From the NCBI RefSeq assembly GCF_017873965.1, contig NZ_JAGGKT010000002.1, positions 200,312 to 224,311 on the forward strand: a stretch of DNA of 24,000 bases, written 5' to 3'. The translations under genes and the position numbers were made by a program. A model generated the notes under the pieces. That model was not told the DNA's origin, ran no database searches, and worked only from the letters and a program-made list of their open reading frames with translations. Of this stretch, positions 8,447 through 16,188 are shown in pieces (the stretch's first letter is position 1; every line of letters starts with the position of its first letter). This stretch comes from Ammoniphilus resinae. GTDB taxonomy: Bacteria > Bacillota > Bacilli > Aneurinibacillales > RAOX-1.

Positions 8447-8654
8447 GGGATGATTCCGATTTCATTTCCAAGACAAAAGAATGATTGACCGATTAAACCA
8501 CCAACGGTAAGATATAACGAGCAGAGGGAAGAGGAAACAGAGTATTTGTGGCTTAAATGAACGGGGATTGAGCGGGCAGAAATACATCTGTTGTTTAATT
8601 TTGGCGAAATCAGTTGGGAAGAGTCGAAAGAATTACGAGGATGTGCCAACTATA

Positions 8655-8669
8655 TTGAAAGCGTTATCT
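8655..8669. promoter_or_regulatory. candidate catabolite-responsive element (cre) upstream of the hprK-like gene
   Basis: TTGAAAGCGTTATCT satisfies every fixed position of the B. subtilis cre consensus WTGNAANCGNWNNCW. It abuts a possible sigma-A promoter (TTGCCT 8669-8674, 18 nt, TATAAA 8693-8698). Confidence 0.4.
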
Positions 8670-8775
8670 TGCCTAAACATGTAAAATGGAACTATAAATC
8701 TATATAGGACACGATAAACAAGTCATCCTTTTTAAATTTAATATAGAATGAATAGTGACGGAGAGTGAGATCAAT

Positions 8776-9690
8776 TTGAAATCTATTACAGTCGGAAAGT
8801 TAGCGAAAAAGTTTTCATTAGAAGTTTTAGCAGGGGAGAATCATTTGCAACGGGAGATTACAAAATCGAAAGCACATCGTCCCGGGTTGGAATTTGTCGG
8901 GCATTTTGATTTTTTCCCAACGGAACGAGTCCAGGTGCTAGGAAAAAAAGAGATTAATTATTTACATAAGTTAACCGTTGAAGAACGAAAATTGCGCATT
9001 GGCAATATTGTTAAATACCACCCACCATGCTTTATTGTGACCGCGGAGCAAGAAGGATTGACTTACTTAAAACAATATTGCATTCAGGAAGGCATTCCAT
9101 TGTTACGTACAACCGAAGCGACTTCTGTATTTATTGCAAAACTCGATGCCTACATGGTCACGGCTTTGGCCCCGGAAATTGCCATCCACGGCGTTTGTGT
9201 CAACGTCTCTGGAATTGGCATTTTACTGCGTGGGAAATCGGGTGTCGGCAAAAGCGAAACTGCTCATACTCTCGTTCGCCGGGGTCATCGATTGGTAGCT
9301 GATGATATTGTTGTGTTAAAGAAGCTCAGCCGCCAAACCTTGCTCGGCACACATAATGAGAAAAATAAAGAGTTCCTTGCCCTTCGCAGTGTAGGCTTAT
9401 TAAATGTGGTAAGGCTCTATGGGATTAAGGCCTTTCAAGATGAAAGCCGTATTGCCCTCGACATTGAATTGGTCAAATGGGAGAAAGATTCTCTCTATAA
9501 CGAACTGGAATTAGAACCCAAATATACCGAATACATGGACGTTCGGGTCCCACATATTCAGATCCAGCTTCAGCCCGGCCGTGATGTCGCCGGCTTAATA
9601 GAAGCTGCAGCTAACAACTGGTACCTGCAGCAACAGGGATACAGTGCCGCAGAGGAATTTATGAAACGGTTAGAATTAGAGGAGGAGTAA
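8776..9690 (+). CDS. hprK: HPr kinase/phosphorylase-like protein (divergent)
   Basis: P-loop GKSGVGKSETA, HRLVADD, AIHGV and C-terminal PGRDVAGLIEAAA are collinear with HprK/P over the full length. TTG 8776 is preferred (SD ggagag at 8760-8765; the N-terminus then aligns residue-for-residue with B. subtilis HprK as I recall it). The ORF-track start, GTG 8755, has no SD. Confidence 0.8.
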   Translation: MKSITVGKLAKKFSLEVLAGENHLQREITKSKAHRPGLEFVGHFDFFPTERVQVLGKKEINYLHKLTVEERKLRIGNIVKYHPPCFIVTAEQEGLTYLKQYCIQEGIPLLRTTEATSVFIAKLDAYMVTALAPEIAIHGVCVNVSGIGILLRGKSGVGKSETAHTLVRRGHRLVADDIVVLKKLSRQTLLGTHNEKNKEFLALRSVGLLNVVRLYGIKAFQDESRIALDIELVKWEKDSLYNELELEPKYTEYMDVRVPHIQIQLQPGRDVAGLIEAAANNWYLQQQGYSAAEEFMKRLELEEE

Positions 9691-10914
9691 ATGGCGAAAG
9701 TAGAATTACAACAGCAAATTCCTGAACAGTCTCGGGTCAGTATTATTCTGCTTGTTTCGGGGATCATTCTTATTGCTTCAAGTTTACGTGCGCCAATTAC
9801 CGCTGTTGGTCCCTTGGTTGGGGCCATTGTGGCCGACACGAACTTATCCAATGCACTGGTAGGCCTGCTTACGACTCTGCCACTGCTAGCCTTTGCTGGA
9901 CTTTCCTTGCTTGCTCCAAAAATCGCTCATCGCTATGGGATCGAATCGACATTGTTGATGGGCCTTGTCATTCTGACACTAGGGATTGTTATCCGTTCTC
10001 TGGATTCCATGGTTGCCCTGTTTTTGGGAACCGCCATTCTAGGGCTAGCCATTGCAACCGGCAATGTACTGCTACCTAGCCTGATCAAACGTGACTTTCC
10101 TTATAAGATTGGACTGATGACAGGAATCTATACCTTATGTATGAATGGTTGGGCAGCGATTGCATCAGGAGTAAGCATCCCCTTGGCAGAGGGAACAGGT
10201 CTAGGTTGGCGAGCTGCCCTCATGTGTTGGGCCCTTCTTTCGGCCATCGCTGTTATCGTTTTCTTCCCGCAGACCCGCTTTCGACACACCGTATCGATCC
10301 CAACGAGATCACAGACCGGACGCCTGTGGAAATCAAGTCTTGCTTGGCAAGTCACACTTTTTATGGGTCTGCAGTCCATTGGCTTTTTCTCCATGGTCTC
10401 TTGGCTTTCGGAGATCCTTCACGAACGAGGGATGGATATAGCCTATGCGGGCTGGTTGCTTTCTTTTATGCAAATCGTCAGCCTTCCTGCATCTTTTATT
10501 TTTCCTATCCTCGCGGCAAGGTTTACAAATCAACGATTACTTGTTGTCCTAATCGTCCTTTTCCTGCTTATTGGCTATGGGGGGATTCTTAGCGGCGGAA
10601 CATCCTGGTTGCTTCTGTCGATTACACTAATGGGCTTCGCCCAGGGAGCGGGTATTAGTCTGGCACTTACTATGTTCGGACTTCGTACCTCCACACACCA
10701 GCAAGCTGCCGAATTATCCGGAATGGCCCAATCTATCGGGTATCTATTAGCATCTACCGGACCCGTCCTATTTGGATTTTTGCACGATTTGACACATAGC
10801 TGGACAGGATCCATCCTCATCCTCGTCTTCGCAGCTATATTACAGCTGATTACAGGGCTTGGGGCGGGCAGAAATGTAAAAATCCCTGTAGAGGATAAGG
10901 CGATGGGAGTTTAA
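9691..10914 (+). CDS. MFS transporter (CynX/YycB-like, about 12 TM)
   Basis: 407-aa polytopic membrane protein with two six-helix halves. Its ATG directly follows the hprK-like stop (gagTAAATGgcg). Confidence 0.8.
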   Translation: MAKVELQQQIPEQSRVSIILLVSGIILIASSLRAPITAVGPLVGAIVADTNLSNALVGLLTTLPLLAFAGLSLLAPKIAHRYGIESTLLMGLVILTLGIVIRSLDSMVALFLGTAILGLAIATGNVLLPSLIKRDFPYKIGLMTGIYTLCMNGWAAIASGVSIPLAEGTGLGWRAALMCWALLSAIAVIVFFPQTRFRHTVSIPTRSQTGRLWKSSLAWQVTLFMGLQSIGFFSMVSWLSEILHERGMDIAYAGWLLSFMQIVSLPASFIFPILAARFTNQRLLVVLIVLFLLIGYGGILSGGTSWLLLSITLMGFAQGAGISLALTMFGLRTSTHQQAAELSGMAQSIGYLLASTGPVLFGFLHDLTHSWTGSILILVFAAILQLITGLGAGRNVKIPVEDKAMGV

Positions 10915-10980
10915 GGCGTTGGTGTATACGATAGCCGTCGTTTAGGAATAATAGCTGTAAATCTCTCAAAGGAGAATTCC

Positions 10981-11118
10981 ATGGAAGATAAAAAGCAAAC
11001 AGCGGATCTTACACAGGTGTTAGAGGTTATAAACGCAAAAGGCGATCAAGACGAATTAGAGGCCATCGTAGAAGAAAAAGAAAATGTTAACAAGAAATAC
11101 CAATACCCACATTCCTAA
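10981..11118 (+). CDS. unannotated small acidic protein, 45 aa (MEDKKQTADLTQVLEVINAKGDQDELEAIVEEKENVNKKYQYPHS)
   Basis: Below the ORF-track size cutoff. Strong SD aaaggag (10969-10975) lies 5 nt from ATG 10981. The stop at 11116-11118 sits inside a good intrinsic terminator. Confidence 0.55.
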   Translation: MEDKKQTADLTQVLEVINAKGDQDELEAIVEEKENVNKKYQYPHS

Positions 11119-11135
11119 AAGTGGGTATTTTTTTT
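11102..11135 (+). terminator. rho-independent terminator after the 45-aa ORF
   Basis: aatacccac-attcctaaaa-gtgggtatt followed by a T-run. Confidence 0.7.
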
Positions 11136-11214
11136 GAACTTCTATCAATCTTCCTAGCAAAATGATAATATTGAAATATCATAATCTTGTTTACGAGAAA
11201 GGTGGTATTTATTT

Positions 11215-11997
11215 ATGGATAAACAACAAATCACCCAAGCTGCCGAGGTATTATTTGAGGCTGAACGGCAGCGCCGTGAAGTGGAGCGGGTTTCTCTTGA
11301 GCATCCATCTATGGATGTTGCAGACGCTTATACGGTAATGGAAGCATTGATTGCTAGAAAGGAAGATGTCGGGCAGAAGGTGGTAGGTTACAAGCTCGGT
11401 TATACAAGTAAGGCGATGCAGGAGCAAATGGGAGTTGATGATCCTATTTATGGACTGCTATTTGATTACATGATGATGAAAAATGGCGAGGATTTAGTAT
11501 TTGAACAACTTATTCACCCAAAATTAGAAGCAGAGATCGCCTTTGTGATGAAGAAAGATTTGCAAGGTCCAGGGGTTACCCGCGAGGATGTTCTTGAAGC
11601 TACGGATTACGTGACACCTATATTAGAAGTGGTCGACAGCCGTTATTTGAATTATAAATTTAAAATGGTTGACGTTATCGCTGACAACAATTCGGGGGCC
11701 AGAGTAATTGCCTCTCAAAGCAAATTCCAGGTTCGTGACGTGAATCTGCCGGAAGCAAAAGTGGTCCTTAAGCAAAATGGGAGCGTGGTCCAAACCGGTT
11801 CGGGCACGGATGTTATGGGACATCCAGCCGATGCCATTGTGTGGTTGGCTAACTACCTGAGTGAACATGGGCGTAAAATCCAAGCAGGGGACTTTATTAT
11901 TTCCGGCGGGATGACCAGAGCGATTGATCTAGCTTTACATGATCATATTGAGGCTGATTTCGGCTCGTTAGGGATTGTTGAGTTTAAGATCGTTTAG
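11215..11997 (+). CDS. 2-keto-4-pentenoate hydratase / 2-oxohepta-3-ene-1,7-dioate hydratase family (FAH-fold)
   Basis: RBS gaaaggtgg. At 260 aa, the motifs VVGYKLGYTSKAMQ, EAEIAFVM, ILEVVDSR...ADNNSGA and ISGGMT are characteristic of MhpD/HpcG/XylJ-type hydratases and decarboxylases. Confidence 0.75.
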   Translation: MDKQQITQAAEVLFEAERQRREVERVSLEHPSMDVADAYTVMEALIARKEDVGQKVVGYKLGYTSKAMQEQMGVDDPIYGLLFDYMMMKNGEDLVFEQLIHPKLEAEIAFVMKKDLQGPGVTREDVLEATDYVTPILEVVDSRYLNYKFKMVDVIADNNSGARVIASQSKFQVRDVNLPEAKVVLKQNGSVVQTGSGTDVMGHPADAIVWLANYLSEHGRKIQAGDFIISGGMTRAIDLALHDHIEADFGSLGIVEFKIV

Positions 11998-12051
11998 AGG
12001 AGAAAAGGGACGGGTCCACAACGGGTAAATAGGGGAGAGTTTAGACTGTCG

Positions 12052-12281
12052 ATGAAGATCATAACGCCTCTTAGAATCCAAGTGATTGATCTTCATCCGG
12101 GTTATGAAGATCAAAAAGCATCTTAGAATCCAAGTGATTGATCTTCATCCAGGTTATGAAGATCAATACGCCTCTTAGAATCCAGGTGATTGATCTTCAT
12201 CCGGGTTATGAAGATCAATACGCCTCTTAGAATCCAGGTCATTGATCTTCATCCGAATTATGAAGATCAAAACGCCCCATC
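12052..12281. repeat. 52-bp tandem repeat, 4 full units plus a partial fifth, each carrying complementary 10-12 nt arms
   Basis: ATGAAGATCA recurs at 12052, 12104, 12156, 12208 and 12260, an exact 52-bp period. Its complement TGATCTTCAT recurs four times in between. Units are about 90-94% identical, and all substitutions fall outside the arms. Confidence 0.9.
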
Positions 12282-13076
12282 TCACTCCTCATCCTTCAGC
12301 CGCTGACTCTGCAGCTTCCGAATCATCCGTGTCGTCCATTTGCGCGGGAGAAAACGGACACCGAAGGTGCTCAATTTATTTTGCAAGCCGGGAATGATTA
12401 GCGATTTTCCTGAAAGAAGACCCTCGTAAGCAAGCCTAGCGACCTGTCCCGGATTCATCAATACTCGTTGAAAAGCTTTAGTCTGACGAAATCCGGCGCG
12501 CTTTTCAAACTCGGTAGAGGTAGGGCCTGGACATAATGCGGTAACACTCACACCCGTTCCCTCCAGTTCACTGGATAAAGCCTCTGAAAAAGAGAGGACA
12601 TAGGCTTTGGTAGCATAATAAACAGACAAATAGGGGCCGCCAGGCTGAAACGATCCGGTGGAGGCAACAAATAGAATGCGGCCATTGCCTTTCTTAACCA
12701 TCACAGGCAACAGGCGTTTCGTAAGGGCGGTGAGGCCCACGATATTAAGCTGTATCATCTGTGCTTCCTCTTCCCAAGAGGTTGAGAGAAAAAGACCAAA
12801 CACCCCAAACCCAGCATTATTGACGAGTATATCAATTTCAATACCATTTTCTGCAAGCCAACGGCATAGCTGATCTACACCGTCAAGTACTGATAAATCC
12901 AGTGGCAACACCATAATCTCCGCTTCATATTCCTTTTTTAATTGGACCGCGAGATCAAGCAACCTATTCTTCCGCCTAGCAACCAGAACAAGTCGGTAGC
13001 CATCTCTGGCAAACAGTTTTGCCAATTCTTCACCAATTCCACTGCTGGCTCCCGTGATTAAGACGATTTGTGGCAT
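12282..13076 (-). CDS. short-chain dehydrogenase/reductase (classical SDR)
   Basis: Start revised to ATG at 13076 (SD ggggga 6 nt upstream), giving MPQIVLITGASSGIGEE... Contains NNAG and YxxxK (YYATK) motifs. Confidence 0.85.
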   Translation of the reverse strand: MPQIVLITGASSGIGEELAKLFARDGYRLVLVARRKNRLLDLAVQLKKEYEAEIMVLPLDLSVLDGVDQLCRWLAENGIEIDILVNNAGFGVFGLFLSTSWEEEAQMIQLNIVGLTALTKRLLPVMVKKGNGRILFVASTGSFQPGGPYLSVYYATKAYVLSFSEALSSELEGTGVSVTALCPGPTSTEFEKRAGFRQTKAFQRVLMNPGQVARLAYEGLLSGKSLIIPGLQNKLSTFGVRFLPRKWTTRMIRKLQSQRLKDEE

Positions 13077-13198
13077 ATTACATCCCCCATGAAAAATATT
13101 ATCAACAAAGGATACCATTTCCACCTCCCCTTCGAGAAATCCTTCTACTTTTCTTTACAGGAAGAATATGGTACGTTTGAGGTGGAGGGAGACTAAAC

Positions 13199-14002
13199 AT
13201 GAGGCAGCTTCGTTTGTATCTGGAGTTTTCAAGGAAAGCGTTTCAACGTTCAGCCGCATATCGATTTGATGCGTGGACACGCCTGTTTTCCAATGTCATT
13301 TTTCTATTTATGTGGGGCTTCATTTGGTTTGCATTATATAGTGGAAAAGGGGATGTCGAGGGCGTCAGCTTTGAATCGATGTTGAGCTATATTGTGGTCA
13401 GTCAGATGCTGCAAGGGGTTCATGGTGCCGGCACTCCGTTGTGGGAAATTCAGGAGCGGGTGCGAACCGGAGATATCGCGATGGAGATGATGCGCCCTTA
13501 CGATTACCCAACAAGAAGCCTGTTTTCAGATTTTGGCAATATTGCTTTTCACTTTCTTACGGCAGTGTTGCCGTTGTACGTCGTTTTATTCGCTCTGTTT
13601 GATCTACAAATACCAACTTCTATGTCCCAGTGGATCCTTTTCCTTCTATCAGCCGTATTGGGCTATTTGATCCGCTACAGTGTAGAGTTGACCTTTGGAT
13701 TATTGACGTTTTGGCTAATGGAAACGGGTGGGGTCGAAGATATTTTCTATTTTTCCATTTCCCTATTTTCTGGTTCAGTGATTCCTCTATGGTTTTTTCC
13801 TGACTGGCTGGAGACATTGGCCTATTTTCTTCCGTTTCAAGGTATCTTTTTTGTTCCAAATTCCATTTTCGTTGGACAGCTGACAGGACAGGCGTTGATC
13901 GAGGCTATGCTGATGCAGGGGATCTGGCTTGTGGTTTCCTATGTGATTTTACGCTGGGTTTGGTCAAGAGCAGCCCTGAAAATTGTCGTCCAAGGAGGAT
14001 AA
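13199..14002 (+). CDS. ABC-2-type transporter permease (COG4587-like, uncharacterised system)
   Basis: RBS ggaggga. 267-aa six-TM protein, first gene of a permease-permease-ATPase operon. Confidence 0.7.
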   Translation: MRQLRLYLEFSRKAFQRSAAYRFDAWTRLFSNVIFLFMWGFIWFALYSGKGDVEGVSFESMLSYIVVSQMLQGVHGAGTPLWEIQERVRTGDIAMEMMRPYDYPTRSLFSDFGNIAFHFLTAVLPLYVVLFALFDLQIPTSMSQWILFLLSAVLGYLIRYSVELTFGLLTFWLMETGGVEDIFYFSISLFSGSVIPLWFFPDWLETLAYFLPFQGIFFVPNSIFVGQLTGQALIEAMLMQGIWLVVSYVILRWVWSRAALKIVVQGG

Positions 14003-14006
14003 ATTT

Positions 14007-14822
14007 ATGTCATTTTCGTCCTGGGTTCGCGGAACCCGGCTTTATTTTCATATGGTAGCTGCCAGCATCCGTGCGCAAATGCAATACCGGTACGGCTTTT
14101 TCATGAACATCTTAGGATGGGCAATGAGCTATGCAGGGACAGCTGTTACGATGTGGGTGATGCTCTATTCCTTTCAATCCCTTGAAGGATGGAGTTTTTG
14201 GCAATTGATCTTTCTGTTTGCCTTAGCCGTCCTTTCCTGGGGAGTTTGTGTGATCTTTTTCTTCCATTTTCGCAGTCTTGATCAATATATTTTGAACGGC
14301 ACCTTTGACCGGTTCCTAGTTCGACCGATTCACCCTTTCTTTCATTTCATGGCGATGAAGTTTGATGTGGGAGCATTTGGACAGCTTCTATTTAGCATTG
14401 CTGCAGTTACACTTGCTTACATTCAGCTCGGTCTCGATTGGCCATTTTGGAAATGGGGTGTTTTTACTTCGGCGGTGATTGGCGGGACACTTATTCAGGG
14501 AGGCATTCTGGTGCTCATATCAGCTATTGCTTTTTGGACAACACGGTCGGAACGTTTTTACTGGGTTGTGATGTTCCCCGCCAAAAGCATGATGAACTAT
14601 CCGCTTTCCCTTTATCCTCGCGCGATACAGTGGGTGGTTACATTTATTCTTCCGTTTGCCTTTGTGAACTACCTACCGGCCTTGCTATTACTGGATAAAC
14701 CTCATCCTTCCTTTTCTTCCTATTGGGGGGCATTTAGCTTCGCGGTGGGATTGGTCTTTTTTTCGATTTGCTACCAGATCTGGATGATGGGCCTGAACCG
14801 ATACAAGAGTGCAGGGTCGTAA
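14007..14822 (+). CDS. ABC-2-type transporter permease (COG3694-like, uncharacterised system)
   Basis: Start revised to ATG 14007 (SD aaggagg at 13992-13998), 4 nt after the upstream stop. Polytopic membrane protein. Confidence 0.7.
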   Translation: MSFSSWVRGTRLYFHMVAASIRAQMQYRYGFFMNILGWAMSYAGTAVTMWVMLYSFQSLEGWSFWQLIFLFALAVLSWGVCVIFFFHFRSLDQYILNGTFDRFLVRPIHPFFHFMAMKFDVGAFGQLLFSIAAVTLAYIQLGLDWPFWKWGVFTSAVIGGTLIQGGILVLISAIAFWTTRSERFYWVVMFPAKSMMNYPLSLYPRAIQWVVTFILPFAFVNYLPALLLLDKPHPSFSSYWGAFSFAVGLVFFSICYQIWMMGLNRYKSAGS

Positions 14823-14844
14823 TGTTGAAAGGAGTCTTTGAATC

Positions 14845-15831
14845 GTGGGGATTATTGATGTAAACCATTTATCAAAGCAATACTTCATTGCCAAGCGTCA
14901 AGAGGGGATGTGGGGGGCAGTGCGTAGCCTCTTTCATCGTGAATACATAACGAAAACGGCCGTTGAAGATGTATCATTTTCCATTGAAGCGGGGGAAATG
15001 GTTGGTTATATCGGACCAAATGGGGCCGGAAAGTCAACAACGATTAAGATGCTCACTGGGATTCTAGTTCCTTCTGCTGGTGATGTGACTGTGGGTGGCC
15101 TCGTCCCGTATCGGGAACGGCAAAAAAACGCCCGCCAGATTGGAGTCGTTTTCGGCCAACGGAGCCAATTATGGTGGGATTTGCCTACGATTGAATCATT
15201 TGAACTGCTGAAACAGGTTTATGCGATTTCTGATCAACAATATCGAAAAAACATGGATACTTTCACAGAAATCCTACGTTTGGATGAATTTTATCAAACA
15301 CCTGTGCGTCAGCTTTCCCTTGGGCAGCGGATGCGTGCCGATATTGCCGCATCCTTATTGCATGATCCAGCTATTCTCTTTTTGGACGAGCCAACGATCG
15401 GCTTGGATGTAGTGGCAAAAGAAAGGATGCGGACCTTTATTCAAGAGATGAATCAAGAACGGGGGATTACCGTGATCTTGACTACGCACGATATGGCTGA
15501 TATTGAAAGGCTGTGCAAGCGAATGATCCTGATTGATCAAGGGCGGGTCATGTATGATGGCGGGTTGTCCAAAATTCGCGATCGTTTCGGGAAAAGCAGA
15601 ATTCTGATCGTCGATTTGGAAAAGGATACGCAGTTGCAGGTGCAGGGAGCGGAATTGATCCGAAGTGAGGGGAACCGCAAGTGGCTGCGCTTTAATCGTG
15701 AGGAAATAACAGCGGCACAACTGATCCAGCAGGTGTCTATTCAGGCCGATATCCAAGACCTCTCCCTTGAAGAACCGGAAATTGACTCAATTATTCGTCA
15801 GATGTATGAAGAGGGGCTGTCAGTGGGGTAG
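14845..15831 (+). CDS. ABC transporter ATP-binding protein (COG4586-like)
   Basis: Walker A GPNGAGKST, signature LSLGQRMR, Walker B ILFLDEPT and H-loop TTHDM, plus a C-terminal extension of about 100 aa. Confidence 0.85.
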   Translation: MGIIDVNHLSKQYFIAKRQEGMWGAVRSLFHREYITKTAVEDVSFSIEAGEMVGYIGPNGAGKSTTIKMLTGILVPSAGDVTVGGLVPYRERQKNARQIGVVFGQRSQLWWDLPTIESFELLKQVYAISDQQYRKNMDTFTEILRLDEFYQTPVRQLSLGQRMRADIAASLLHDPAILFLDEPTIGLDVVAKERMRTFIQEMNQERGITVILTTHDMADIERLCKRMILIDQGRVMYDGGLSKIRDRFGKSRILIVDLEKDTQLQVQGAELIRSEGNRKWLRFNREEITAAQLIQQVSIQADIQDLSLEEPEIDSIIRQMYEEGLSVG

Positions 15832-15861
15832 CTAGCGGGGGGTTACCCCCCTAATTTTTTA
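15832..15861 (+). terminator. GC hairpin terminator after the ABC ATPase gene
   Basis: gggggg-tta-cccccc followed by taatttttta. The loop contains the stop codon of the convergent 83-aa gene. Confidence 0.6.
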
Positions 15862-16094
15862 TAGATGCGATCTTTTTCCTCGGGGATAATAACTTTTTTC
15901 TCGAAGAGTTGATCAATAATCGTCTTGATATCATTCCCGTACAAATCTATCCCGGAAAAACCGATTCTTTTTATTTTCAAGCGTCTAGACACAGACAGCA
16001 AAAATTCACGAACATACTTTACCTCTTCATGCGTCAAAGGGCGACCCTCCCAATGGATCTGCTCCTGGTATGGAAAAGGAATTATTTCTCCCAT
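15843..16094 (-). CDS. hypothetical protein, 83 aa, no family recognised
   Basis: SD gaggt lies 7 nt upstream of the ATG. The composition looks coding (MGEIIPFPYQEQIHWEGRPLTHEE...). It is divergent from the DUF3892-like gene. Confidence 0.55.
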   Translation of the reverse strand: MGEIIPFPYQEQIHWEGRPLTHEEVKYVREFLLSVSRRLKIKRIGFSGIDLYGNDIKTIIDQLFEKKVIIPEEKDRIYKKLGG

Positions 16095-16188
16095 CGAACT
16101 AACCTCACATATCTAGAATCTTCTATCTATAGTCTAATAGTATCCTCCCAACTTGTTCTGGTCAATCTAAGGGTGGAGGTGTTCTTTC

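Noticed and set aside
8440-8649. 69-aa minus-strand ORF upstream of the hprK-like gene
   Set aside because: It has a TTG start without an SD, Ser/Leu-rich non-protein-like composition, and it overlaps the terminator of the neighbouring gene.
11162-11182. ATGATA-N9-TATCAT palindrome with a Fur-box-like half (TGATAAT) upstream of the hydratase gene
   Set aside because: The spacing is wrong for a 7-1-7 Fur/PerR/Zur box and the arms are only 6 bp in AT-rich promoter DNA. It could overlap a -10 (CATAAT), but I cannot support an operator call.
12052-12126. 24-codon ORF (MKIITPLRIQVIDLHPGYEDQKAS) starting at the first repeat arm
   Set aside because: It has no SD. The 52-bp period shifts frame in each unit, so the repeats are not read consistently. 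It is an artefact of the ATG inside the repeat arm.
12052-12281. Possible CRISPR array (regular 52-bp period with palindromic repeats)
   Set aside because: The would-be spacers are themselves near-identical between units, so this is a simple tandem repeat. There are no cas genes in the window.
15355-15756. 133-aa ORF antisense to the ABC ATPase, and similar antisense or out-of-frame ORFs (e.g. 841-1026, 3198-3518, 4476-5003, 9570-9851, 10128-10820, 17778-18385, 18450-19507, 21232-21560)
   Set aside because: All lie inside strongly supported genes with clear family motifs on the other frame or strand. They lack SD sequences and have skewed composition, so they are shadow ORFs.
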